Notes: generated from the letters alone by a model not told the origin. DNA of 64,000 nt from an uncultured delta proteobacterium (GCA_963782055.1 CAWAIF010000003.1:1280001-1344000); one strand, 5' to 3'. Counted from the first letter of the stretch, positions 12,164-21,006 are shown. Numbers and translations are program-made.

Positions 12164-13707
12164 TCCCCGTGCTCTCGCGCGAGCAGGCCCGCGCCTTCGA
12201 CGCCGAGGCCATCGAGAAGTGCGGCGTGCCGGGCCTCCTGCTGATGGAGAACGCCGGGCGCGGCGCCGCCGACGTCCTGGAGCGCGAGCTGCTCGGCGGC
12301 AGCTTGGCGGGCAAGCGCGTGCTCGTCGTGTGCGGTACCGGCAACAACGGCGGCGACGGCTTCGTCATCGCGCGCCACGCCCTGCTGCGCGGCGCGGTCG
12401 TCGACGTGCGCCTCGTCGGCGACGAGTCCCGCCTCTCCCCCGACGCCGCCACCAACGCCACCGCCTGGCGCGCCTTCGGCGGCGCGGTGCGCGCGGTCAC
12501 CGAAGCCGACGCCGACGCCCTCGGCGAGGACGCCCGGGACGCCGACGCGGTGGTGGACGCCCTCTTCGGCACCGGCCTCGACCGCCCGCTGCACGGCGTC
12601 CCGCTCGCGGTGGTGCGCGCCCTGCAGTCCCCCGGCGCGCCGGTCCTCGCCGTCGACATCCCCTCCGGCCTCCACGCCGACACCGGCGCCGTGCTGGGCG
12701 CCGTCGTCCACGCCGCGTGCACCGTCACCTTCGCGCACTACAAGCGCGGCCTGCTCACCCCCGCCGGCGCCACGTGCACCGGCGACGTCTTCGTCGTCGA
12801 CATCGGCGTCCCCGGGTGGCTCGTCGAGCGCAGCGGCCACGCCGCCTCGCTGCTCGAGCCCGCGGACATCGCCGGCTGGCTCACGCCCCGCGCCGCCGAC
12901 GCGCACAAGTACGCCGCCGGCCACGTCGGCGTCCTCGCGGGCTCGTCGGGGAAGGTGGGCGCCTCGGTGATGGTCGCCCACGCCGCCCTGCGCGCCGGCG
13001 CGGGCGCCGCCACCATCTGCACGTGGCCCACCGCCGCGAGCAGCCTGGAGGCGCGCGTGGTGGAGATCATGACCGCTCGCCTGGACGAGGCGCGCCTGCC
13101 GGAGAGCGTGGCGGAGTTCGCCGCCCGCAAGCCCGCGATGGTCGCCGGCCCCGGCTTCGGCACCGGCGATCGCGCGCGAGAGGCGGTGCTCGCGCTGCTC
13201 CTCGGCTACGACGGACCCCTCGTCCTCGACGCCGACGCCCTCTCGCTCTTCGCCGGCGCCGCGAGCGAGCTGGCGAGCGCCAGGGCGAAGCTCGTCCTCA
13301 CCCCGCACGCGGGGGAGGCGGCGCGCCTGCTCGCGACCACCTCCGAGGAGGTGGAGGCCGACCGGTTCGCCGCCGCGCACAACCTCGCCTCCGCGGCGAA
13401 GGCCGTGGTGGTGCTCAAGGGCGCGCGCACGCTCGTCACCGCGCCGGACGGACGCGTGGCGATCGTCCCGACCGGCAATCCGGCGCTGGCGACCGCGGGC
13501 GCGGGGGACGTCCTCTCCGGCACCGTCGCCGCGCTTGCATGCACCATGCAGCCGTTCGAGGCGGCGTGCGCCGGCGCCTACGTCCACGGCGCCGCGGCGG
13601 ACGCGTGGGCCGCCGCCGGCCCCGCCCCCCGCGACCGCGGTCTGCTCGCCTCGGAGGTCGCCGACCGCGTCCCGGACGTCCTGGCCGGACTCCTGGCCGG
13701 CGCCTGA
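12160..13707 (+). CDS. nnr: Bifunctional NAD(P)H-hydrate epimerase/dehydratase
   Basis: LMENAG, GTGNNGGDG, DALFGTG, AVDIPSG, LDADAL, LTPHAGEA, LATAGAGDVLSG; GTG overlaps acpS stop. Confidence 0.93.
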   Translation: MIPVLSREQARAFDAEAIEKCGVPGLLLMENAGRGAADVLERELLGGSLAGKRVLVVCGTGNNGGDGFVIARHALLRGAVVDVRLVGDESRLSPDAATNATAWRAFGGAVRAVTEADADALGEDARDADAVVDALFGTGLDRPLHGVPLAVVRALQSPGAPVLAVDIPSGLHADTGAVLGAVVHAACTVTFAHYKRGLLTPAGATCTGDVFVVDIGVPGWLVERSGHAASLLEPADIAGWLTPRAADAHKYAAGHVGVLAGSSGKVGASVMVAHAALRAGAGAATICTWPTAASSLEARVVEIMTARLDEARLPESVAEFAARKPAMVAGPGFGTGDRAREAVLALLLGYDGPLVLDADALSLFAGAASELASARAKLVLTPHAGEAARLLATTSEEVEADRFAAAHNLASAAKAVVVLKGARTLVTAPDGRVAIVPTGNPALATAGAGDVLSGTVAALACTMQPFEAACAGAYVHGAAADAWAAAGPAPRDRGLLASEVADRVPDVLAGLLAGA

Positions 13708-13884
13708 GGTCGGGGCGGAGGCCGACCGACAGCCCGGTGGGCGTGGACGGAGGTCGGGCATCGCCTCCGGCCCGTCGACGCCCTCGTCGGACTGCGAGCA
13801 TGCTTGCGCTCCGACGCCCGGGTGTCTCCTCCCGCCCACGCCCAGCGGGAGAGCGGACACGAGCTCCCGCACCGAGCCCAATGA

Positions 13885-13927
13885 TTTCAACTGGTTGTGT
13901 GCGCGCGAGCCCGGCACTCCCTGTGCT
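13885..13927 (+). promoter_or_regulatory. Putative sigma54 promoter (GG-N10-GC) with upstream IHF-like site, driving the ECF sigma gene
   Basis: CCGGCACTCCCTGTGCT with GG at 13913-14 and GC at 13925-26; TTTCAACTGGTTG (13885-97) matches WATCAANNNNTTR with one mismatch; GGAGG RBS and ATG follow. Confidence 0.55.
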
Positions 13928-13952
13928 CTACCCCACCGCGGAGGTTCACCGG

Positions 13953-14495
13953 ATGTCGCCGTCTCGCTCTCGCCAGCCGCTCGTCGCTCACGATGCCCCG
14001 GGCCTCGCCGCCGGGCTCGTCACCCTCATCCCCGACCTGCGCGCCCGCGCGCTGCGCCTCACCGCGTGCGAGGCGACCGCCGACGATCTGGTGCAGGACA
14101 CCGTCGAGCGGGCCCTCCGCTTCTCCGGGCAGTATGCGCTCGGCACCAACCTGCGTGCCTGGGCGCAGCAGATCCTCTTCAGCGTCTTCGTCACCCGGTA
14201 CCGCCGCGTGCGCCGCGAGAAGAACGCGCTCAAGAACCTGACGTTCGATCCCAACGCGTGGACGGGCGAGGACCGCTTCGCCCCGCCGGACGCGCACGCC
14301 GCGCTGACGCGACGCACGCAGGCGAAGCTCGACGCGCTCCCCGGTGGCTTCCGCGCCGTCGTCGAGATGGTCGACCTGCAGCAGCACAGCTACCGCGAGG
14401 CCGCGGAGCGCCTGGGCGTGCCCGTAGGCACCGTCATGAGCCGCCTGCACCGCGGCCGCAAGATGCTCGCCGAGCAGCTCGCGTCCGCCGCCTGA
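13953..14495 (+). CDS. ECF RNA polymerase sigma factor
   Basis: ADDLVQDT and GTNLRAW (region 2); SYREAAERLGVPVGTVMSRLHRGR (region 4). Confidence 0.92.
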   Translation: MSPSRSRQPLVAHDAPGLAAGLVTLIPDLRARALRLTACEATADDLVQDTVERALRFSGQYALGTNLRAWAQQILFSVFVTRYRRVRREKNALKNLTFDPNAWTGEDRFAPPDAHAALTRRTQAKLDALPGGFRAVVEMVDLQQHSYREAAERLGVPVGTVMSRLHRGRKMLAEQLASAA

Positions 14496-14513
14496 CCGCG
14501 AGCTTGCTCGCGG

Positions 14514-15080
14514 TCACTTCGCCGCGCGAGGCGTCCAGGGCACGTCGGGTACGCCGCGCGCGTGGTTCTCCACCCGGGCGAGCACGAACAGCAGATCGCT
14601 CAGCCGGTTCAGGTAGATGACCAGCTCCGCGCGCGCGGCCTCCGCGGCGCTCGCCTCCCCCAGCGCCAGCACCGCCCGCTCCGCCCGCCGGCACACCGTG
14701 CGCGCGTGGTGCAGCGCCGCCCCCTGGGGGGACCCGCCGGGCAGCACGAAGGTCTTCAGCGTCTCCAGCCCAGCCTCCCCCTCGTCGATGGCGCGCTCCA
14801 GCCGCTCGGCGTCGGCGGGCGCGAGGCGCGTCATCGGCAGCTTGTCCTCCTTGCCCGGCGCCGTGGCCAGCTCCGCGCCCAGCGCGAAGAGGTCCACCTG
14901 CGCCTCGCCGAGCACCCGCTCCGCCAGCGGCCCGAGCCCGAGGGCGCGCGCCACACCGAGCACCGCGTTGAGCTCGTCGACCGTCCCGTACGCCTCGACG
15001 CGCGCGGACGCCTTCGGCACGCGCGCCCCGCCGAAGAGCCCGGTCGTCCCGTCGTCACCCGTCTTCGTGTAGATCTTCAT
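14514..15080 (-). CDS. pduO: ATP:cob(I)alamin adenosyltransferase, PduO type
   Basis: KIYTKTGDDGTT, AYGTVDELN, FVLPGG, ARTVCRRAER, YLNRLSDLLF. Confidence 0.95.
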   Translation of the reverse strand: MKIYTKTGDDGTTGLFGGARVPKASARVEAYGTVDELNAVLGVARALGLGPLAERVLGEAQVDLFALGAELATAPGKEDKLPMTRLAPADAERLERAIDEGEAGLETLKTFVLPGGSPQGAALHHARTVCRRAERAVLALGEASAAEAARAELVIYLNRLSDLLFVLARVENHARGVPDVPWTPRAAK

Positions 15081-15183
15081 CGTCCGCGCCAGTCTGGCAC
15101 GGCGAGGGAGAAAAATGGCGGTCGGCTGCAACCGGCCGGGCCACGCGGTCGATGGGGTTCCAGTTCAAGTCAAGGAGCCCACG

Positions 15184-15384
15184 ATGAGCACCCTCTCCCA
15201 GCTCAAGAAGCAGATCGAACAACAGGACGCCCAGATCGAGGCGCTCACGGCCTTCGTGCGCGACCGCAACCTGCGCCTTCCCGCCGAGATGGTGGAGGAG
15301 CTCAACGAGGCCATCGACGCCATCCCCGACGCGCCTGCGGCGGCCAAGGCCCCCATCCCCGTTCCCACCGGCATTCGTGCCTGA
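15184..15384 (+). CDS. Small coiled-coil protein (66 aa), first gene of the translocon-like cassette
   Basis: AAGGAG RBS; heptad LSQLKKQIEQQDAQIEAL; 13 bp from next gene. Confidence 0.7.
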   Translation: MSTLSQLKKQIEQQDAQIEALTAFVRDRNLRLPAEMVEELNEAIDAIPDAPAAAKAPIPVPTGIRA

Positions 15385-15397
15385 AAGAGAGACTCCC

Positions 15398-16036
15398 ATG
15401 TCAGTCGCCCCCCCCCAACCCGCGCCTTCCGCTCACCCTGCCTCGGCTCCCGCGGACTTCATCGACGACGACTTCTTCACCGCCTGGTGCCAGACTCGAC
15501 TGCTCAGCATGGACTCCCAGATCCGCAGCTTCATGGACGGCCAAAAGGCACTTCAGGACAAGCAGAACCAACTCAACGAACTCAAGAACATGTTCAACAA
15601 CGCCGCGGGGCACGCACCAAAGGACGGGTACGACAAGGGCAGTGCCGAAGGCCTCAAGGCCTATCAAGACCTGGCAAACCAGATCGAGGAGTACGAGAAG
15701 GCGCACAACCTCTCGCCGGACGTGAAGGACCAGTTCGACCAGGCGAAGGCCAGCGTCCAGAGCTGGTATCCGCCGAAGAAGGACGACCAGGGCAACGTGG
15801 TGCGGGATGACGACAAGAAGGTGGTATACGACAACCAGTACGTCAATGCCGACAACATCAAGGCTCTCGGGGAAGGGCTGCAGTCCAGCATCGACAGCTA
15901 CCAGAACGAGGCGAGCATGGACATGCTCCGCATGAACTCGTGCGTCAGCAAGCGCGAGCAAGCGGTTCAGCTCACCAGCAACATGCTCAAGAAGCTCGAT
16001 GACACGGTCTCGGCCGCCATCGCCAACATCAGGTGA
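15398..16036 (+). CDS. Type III secretion tip/filament-like protein (Bsp22/EspA-like)
   Basis: N-terminal coiled coil QTRLLSMDSQIRSFM...LNELK; C-terminus SIDSYQNEASMDMLRMNSCVSKREQAVQLTSNMLKKLDDTVSAAIANIR resembles the Bsp22-type C-terminal helix. Confidence 0.7.
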   Translation: MSVAPPQPAPSAHPASAPADFIDDDFFTAWCQTRLLSMDSQIRSFMDGQKALQDKQNQLNELKNMFNNAAGHAPKDGYDKGSAEGLKAYQDLANQIEEYEKAHNLSPDVKDQFDQAKASVQSWYPPKKDDQGNVVRDDDKKVVYDNQYVNADNIKALGEGLQSSIDSYQNEASMDMLRMNSCVSKREQAVQLTSNMLKKLDDTVSAAIANIR

Positions 16037-16043
16037 GCCCGCC

Positions 16044-17048
16044 ATGAAGATCCAATCCTTCGTCCCGCAACCCACCTGGCTCGAAGGCCCTGACGGGGCG
16101 GGGCCGGCCAGCTCGGGCGACGACGACATCGGTTCCATCTCGCTCGACGACGCGATGACCGTGCTCGTCGGCATGGTCGACAAGCAGTCCTCCGACCAGG
16201 CGCGCAACGCCCAGAAGCAGGCGGCCGGGATGGCCAGCCTGCGCAAGGGGATGACCAAGCGCATCCAGGAAGCCCTCGAGGAGAAGCTCAAGAACGAGGG
16301 CGGCAAGGGCATCTTCGATTCCGTCAGCGATCTGGTGACGGACGTCACCAAGGATCTCTTCACCGGCCACATCGCCGACGCCTTCAACGACTGCGGCGGC
16401 GATCTCGACAAGATGGTCAACAGCCCCAAGTTCTGGGGCGACGTGAAGCAGATCGCGATGGCGGTCGCCGAGGCGGCGGCCACCATCGGGTCCATCGCGT
16501 CCTTCGGGACGGCGAGCGCGGGGGCCGCGGCGCTCATCGCGGTCGGGATCGCCATGTCGGCCACTGGCTTCGCCGAGAGCAACTTCCAGGTGCTCGAGAA
16601 GATGGGCGCCGACCCCGAGGTCGCCAAGTGGGTGGGCGTCGGTGTCGCCATCGGCGGCGCCGCATGCTCGTGCGGCGCAGGACTCGTCAACGCGGGCACC
16701 GCGGCCGGGTCGGCCGCCGACGCGGCGACGCAGGGCACGGACGCGGCGGCGCAGGCGAGCTCCACCGCCTCCCGGGTCGGCGGCGCCATGTCGGCTGTCG
16801 GCGGGGGCGCGTCGATCGTGGGCGGGGGCGCCGGCATCGCAACGTCGGTCTTCGCGTACGACGCCACGCAGGCCGAGATCGCTGCGGAGAAGGCGCGCCA
16901 GCACTCGGCGTTCATCGAGCGCCTCGCAGAAGCGATCGTGGCCGACCTGAAGGCGGACGAGAAGCGCAACGAGAAGGACCGTCAGACGGCGGTCAAGGGT
17001 GTCGAGGCCTCCAACCAGACGCAGCTCGCTGCAGTCATGAGGGTATGA
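16044..17048 (+). CDS. Type III secretion major translocator-like protein (SctE; YopB/BopB/EspD-like)
   Basis: N-terminal coiled coil, GIF...KFWG, two Gly/Ala-rich hydrophobic segments (IASFGTASAGAAALIAVGIAM; WVGVGVAIGGAA), C-terminal coiled coil; no Sec signal. Confidence 0.72.
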   Translation: MKIQSFVPQPTWLEGPDGAGPASSGDDDIGSISLDDAMTVLVGMVDKQSSDQARNAQKQAAGMASLRKGMTKRIQEALEEKLKNEGGKGIFDSVSDLVTDVTKDLFTGHIADAFNDCGGDLDKMVNSPKFWGDVKQIAMAVAEAAATIGSIASFGTASAGAAALIAVGIAMSATGFAESNFQVLEKMGADPEVAKWVGVGVAIGGAACSCGAGLVNAGTAAGSAADAATQGTDAAAQASSTASRVGGAMSAVGGGASIVGGGAGIATSVFAYDATQAEIAAEKARQHSAFIERLAEAIVADLKADEKRNEKDRQTAVKGVEASNQTQLAAVMRV

Positions 17049-17755
17049 ACATGAAGATCCAACCCAACCTGACCTCCGTGCAGTTCACGGGTGTCGAGGA
17101 CACGGCGACCGAGGTGGCGATGCTGGCCCTGAAGATGGGCACCGACGCCAAGCACAACGCCGAGCAGGAGCGCGACGCCGAGGAGCGGCTTCAGGCCGCC
17201 GCGGAGCACAACCAGCTCCAGGCGATGCAGGACAAGGCGACGACCGCGCTCGTCGGAGGCATCGCGAGCGGTACGCTCTCGATGGCGAGCGGCGCGATGC
17301 AGGTCGCCTCTGCGTCGGCCAATCCGAAGGCCGTGATTCGGGAGCGCCAGGGGCGCCTCTCCGACACCGAGAAGTCGCAGGTGATCGCCAAGGCGGAGAC
17401 GACTCGTGGCCAGTGCCTCACGGATGCCGCCAAGGCGGACGTGCTGGCAAGGGCTTCCGCGGACAAAGCGGCGCGGGCGAGCGTCGCCGGCTCGTCGGAG
17501 GTGCTCGGCGCCGAGGCGTCCACGCTGCAGGCGGGGAGCAAGCTGGTCGACGGTGTCTCGAACGGCGTGCAGCAGTACTTCGACGCCGACGCTCAGCGGG
17601 CCGAGACGCAGGCCCACAGCGCCTCACGCGAGGTGGACAAGGCGAACGACGAGGTGCACGGCGCGCAGTCGCTCGTCGATCAGTCGATCGAGGCGGCTCG
17701 CGAGGTGCAGAACACCAACAACGAGGTGTTGCTGCTCACCGCGCGAATGGCGTGA
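17045..17755 (+). CDS. Type III secretion minor translocator-like protein (SctB; YopD/BopD/EspB-like)
   Basis: ATGA coupling to sctE-like gene; coiled coil followed by a single hydrophobic ALVGGIASGTLSMASG stretch; C-terminal amphipathic helix SIEAAREVQNTNNEV. Confidence 0.68.
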   Translation: MNMKIQPNLTSVQFTGVEDTATEVAMLALKMGTDAKHNAEQERDAEERLQAAAEHNQLQAMQDKATTALVGGIASGTLSMASGAMQVASASANPKAVIRERQGRLSDTEKSQVIAKAETTRGQCLTDAAKADVLARASADKAARASVAGSSEVLGAEASTLQAGSKLVDGVSNGVQQYFDADAQRAETQAHSASREVDKANDEVHGAQSLVDQSIEAAREVQNTNNEVLLLTARMA

Positions 17756-17758
17756 GCC

Positions 17759-18547
17759 TCACGCGCGGAAGATGCCCGCGACCTCTTCCGCCAGGGCCTG
17801 CTCGGTCACCTTCTTCGCGAAGGCGAGCTCCTTCATCAGCAGGCTCTTCGCGCGGTCCAGCAGGTGGCGCTCGCCGAAGGAGAGGTCCTTGTCGAACTTG
17901 AGGCGGTGCATGTCGCGCAGGACCTTGGCCACCTCGTGCGGGGAGCCGCTCTGCACCATCTCGGTGTAGGCGCGGAAGCGGCGGCTCCACGGCTGCAGGT
18001 CCACCGCCACCTCGCGCGCGCGCATGGTCGCGAGGACGGCGTCGGCCTCCTTGGAGCTCATGATGCCGCGCAGGCCCGCCTGGCTGGCGGCGTTGGTCGG
18101 GACCATGACCTTCATCCCGTTGTCCAGGATGCGCAGGACGTAGAACATGCCCTTCGTCCCGCCGAGCTCGCGGTGCTCGATGGCGGTGACCTCGCCCACG
18201 CCGTGCTTCGGGTGGACGGCCTTGTCGCCGATCTTGAAGTTCACCTTGCGGGCGGGCGGCATCGGGGGAGCGGGCGGGAGGACCGAGCCATTCCGCACGG
18301 GGGCCATGATGACGGGCGCGGGCGCGGGCGGGGGCTTGGAAGCCACGGCGGTGCGCGCCGCCGTCTTGGGGCGACCGGCGGGGGGCGTGGAGACGGGCCG
18401 GCGCGCCGGGGAGGCCGGGCGGCTGACGGCGTGGACGTTGGCGCTCTTGGGGGCGGCCTTGCGGGTGGCCTTGGCGGGGGTGGCGGTGGGGCGCGTGGTG
18501 CGCGCGCGGGCGGCGGTGCGGGCGGAAATTCGGGGCATGTTGCTCAT
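17759..18547 (-). CDS. CarD/CdnL-family RNA polymerase-binding regulator with basic Ala/Pro/Lys/Arg-rich N-terminal extension
   Basis: FKIGDKAVHPKHGVG, VMVP, WSRRFR, KDLSFGER; about 100-aa low-complexity basic N-terminus. Confidence 0.9.
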   Translation of the reverse strand: MSNMPRISARTAARARTTRPTATPAKATRKAAPKSANVHAVSRPASPARRPVSTPPAGRPKTAARTAVASKPPPAPAPVIMAPVRNGSVLPPAPPMPPARKVNFKIGDKAVHPKHGVGEVTAIEHRELGGTKGMFYVLRILDNGMKVMVPTNAASQAGLRGIMSSKEADAVLATMRAREVAVDLQPWSRRFRAYTEMVQSGSPHEVAKVLRDMHRLKFDKDLSFGERHLLDRAKSLLMKELAFAKKVTEQALAEEVAGIFRA

Positions 18548-18679
18548 GGGGTGAGGGCCACTCGTTAGGGGCGAACGACCGGTCTGACGAGCCCTGGACG
18601 GGCTCGGGGGGCAGGATGGTCTGCCTTCCAACGGGGGGGGCTCCCCTAACATTCCCGGGCCATACCCGTCAACGGCCCC

Positions 18680-19747
18680 CTAATAGCTCATGATTTCTTG
18701 AATTTGCGCGGAGGTCGCCGCGCGGACCCCGCGGACGAGCTCAAGGGCGTCCACCGTGAGGGTGACGGTGAGGGCCTCGGGGGACGTGTGCAGGTCCGGT
18801 CCGCGGCGGGGGCGATCCACCCCGCTGAGGCGTCCGAGGCCGCTGTGGGCGATGGTGTTCAGGGCTGCGGCGAAGCAATCCCCCGCCGTTTTGGCGTCAT
18901 TTCCCCACGCGCCGAGGAGGGTGACGGTCACGTCGAGGGCGGCCCCCGGCTCATCGCTAGCATGCTCGCGGTCGTCCCCGGCAGGCCGGACGGCGATGCC
19001 CACCGCGGTCGCCGCCTTCAGCAGCCCCGCCAGCCCCTCCTGCGCATCGCCCTCGAACGGGCCGGCGAAAAATATGCGTACGGGCGCCGGCCCCAGAAGG
19101 GCGGAGGCGGACTGCAGAGGTGGGGTCCTCAGGACGGGCCGTGCCTTCTTCAGCCTGTGCAGGGCGAACAGCTCGGCCGCCCGAACTGGGCCCGCTGCCC
19201 AGGGAGCCGAGGGGTCCTTCGGCGCCGGGAGCAGGTCGAGCGCCGCCGCCTGGTGACCGAAGAGCACAAGCTCCTCGCGGCCGTCGGTCATGGTGCCGCG
19301 GAGGCGGATGACGGTGGAGAGCGGGCCCCCGCGATGGTCGACGAAGCGGGCGTCCACGCTCATCGCGCGCCGTCCGAAGGAGGCCTCCTCCTTGGCCGGG
19401 TCCAGCACGCCGCGCGCGAGCACCAGCGTCGCCCGGGGATAGGTCGCGACGACGATGTCGTCGAGCTGGCGAGGGTCGACGCCGCCGTGGCGAGTGGCGA
19501 AGGTGCGGAAGGAGTCGTCGGGATAGAGCACGTCGAGCACCGGCAAGAGCTCGGCGTGGGCGAGGAGGGCCTTGGGGTGGACCTCGACGAGCGTGGAGAG
19601 GCCCGCCGCCGGGGCGAGGTCGACCGTCGCGGGCAGCGCGATGGCGGTCTCCGTCGCCTTCGGCGTGGTGGGCGTGCCGCCGCACGCGAAAGGGAAGAGC
19701 GCGAGGAGGCCGAGCGCCAGGGAGGCGGCCAGCGGGCGCGCGCTCAC
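18680..19747 (-). CDS. Hypothetical lipoprotein
   Basis: Signal peptide with FAC lipobox; GTG overlaps tyrS stop. Confidence 0.7.
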   Translation of the reverse strand: MSARPLAASLALGLLALFPFACGGTPTTPKATETAIALPATVDLAPAAGLSTLVEVHPKALLAHAELLPVLDVLYPDDSFRTFATRHGGVDPRQLDDIVVATYPRATLVLARGVLDPAKEEASFGRRAMSVDARFVDHRGGPLSTVIRLRGTMTDGREELVLFGHQAAALDLLPAPKDPSAPWAAGPVRAAELFALHRLKKARPVLRTPPLQSASALLGPAPVRIFFAGPFEGDAQEGLAGLLKAATAVGIAVRPAGDDREHASDEPGAALDVTVTLLGAWGNDAKTAGDCFAAALNTIAHSGLGRLSGVDRPRRGPDLHTSPEALTVTLTVDALELVRGVRAATSAQIQEIMSY

Positions 19748-21006
19748 GCGCCGGCGCCCCGCACGGTGACGTAGGCGAAGCGGCGGTTCTTGGAGCCGAC
19801 GCGCAGGAGGTAGCGCTTGCCCGCCTCGAGCTGGAGCTGCGGATCGGTGACGCGCTTCTGGTCGACCTCGACGCCGCCCTGCTCCACCAGGCGCTTGCCC
19901 TCCCCGGAGGACTTCACCAGACCCGCGGCGGAGAGGGCCTTGGCGATCCAGAGGCTGGGGCCCTCGGTGGGCACGTCGATCTCCGGGACGTCGTCGGGGA
20001 CGGCGTCCTTGCCGTAGACGCGCGCGAACTCCGCGGCGGCGTGGCGCGCCGCCTCCGCGTCGTGGAAGCGGGTCACGAGCTCCTCGGCGAAGAGCGCCTT
20101 GATCTCCATGGGGCTCTTGCCCGCGCGCTTGTCCTGCTTCAGGCGCGCGATCTCCTCGTTGGAGCGGGAGGAGAGCAGCTCGAAGTAACGGAAGATGACC
20201 TCGTCGTCGACCTGCATCACCTTGCGGTGCATCTCGAGCGGGTCCTCCAGCAGGCCGATGGTGTTGCCGGCGCTCTTGGACATCTTCTTGCCGACCACCT
20301 GGCCGTTCTCGATGCGCGCGTCGATGCCCTCCAGGATGGGAGTGGTCATCACCATCTGCCCGCGCTGGCCGTACTTCGGCATGATGTCGCGGCCGACGAG
20401 GAGGTTGAAGAGCTGGTCGGTGCCGCCGAGCTCGATGTCCGCCTTCAGGGCGACGGAGTCGTAGCCCTGGAGCAGCGGGTAGAGGAACTCGTGCTGGTAG
20501 ATGGGCTTGTGCTCGGCGAAGCGCTGGCCGAAGTCGTTGCGCTCCAGCATGCGGGAGACGGTCATCTTCGCCATCAGCTCGACGAGCTCGGACGGCTTGA
20601 GGGCATCAAGCCACTCCGAGTTGTAACGAATCTCCGTCTTGCCCTCCTCCAGGATCTTGAAGGCCTGGTCGGTGTAGGTCTTGGCGGCGGCGCGGACGTC
20701 CTCGCGGGAGAGGCGCGGGCGCAGGTCGTTCTGGCCGGTGGGGTCGCCGACCATCGCGGTGAAGTCGCCCACGAGGAGGATGACCTGGTGGCCGAGGTCC
20801 TGGAACTGCCGCATCTTGGCGAGCAGGACGGCGTGGCCGATGTGCAGGTCGGGGCGGGTGGGGTCGAAGCCGGCCTTCACGCGGAGCGGGGTGCTCGTCT
20901 TCTGCGCGGCGGCGAGGCGCTCCTCCAGCTCGGCGCGGACGTGCAGGTCGACGACGCCGCGCGTGAGCAGGGCCATCTGCTCGGGGATGGGGGCGAAGCT
21001 CGTCAT
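19744..21006 (-). CDS. tyrS: Tyrosine--tRNA ligase
   Basis: GFDPTRPDLHIGH, YPLLQGYD, ELGGTDQLFN, KMSKS, C-terminal S4 domain. Confidence 0.97.
   Translation of the reverse strand: MTSFAPIPEQMALLTRGVVDLHVRAELEERLAAAQKTSTPLRVKAGFDPTRPDLHIGHAVLLAKMRQFQDLGHQVILLVGDFTAMVGDPTGQNDLRPRLSREDVRAAAKTYTDQAFKILEEGKTEIRYNSEWLDALKPSELVELMAKMTVSRMLERNDFGQRFAEHKPIYQHEFLYPLLQGYDSVALKADIELGGTDQLFNLLVGRDIMPKYGQRGQMVMTTPILEGIDARIENGQVVGKKMSKSAGNTIGLLEDPLEMHRKVMQVDDEVIFRYFELLSSRSNEEIARLKQDKRAGKSPMEIKALFAEELVTRFHDAEAARHAAAEFARVYGKDAVPDDVPEIDVPTEGPSLWIAKALSAAGLVKSSGEGKRLVEQGGVEVDQKRVTDPQLQLEAGKRYLLRVGSKNRRFAYVTVRGAGA

Noticed and set aside
15094..15109. sigma54 promoter upstream of the translocon cassette (CTGGCACG)
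   Set aside because: The -24 box is good but the -12 position reads GA instead of the essential GC
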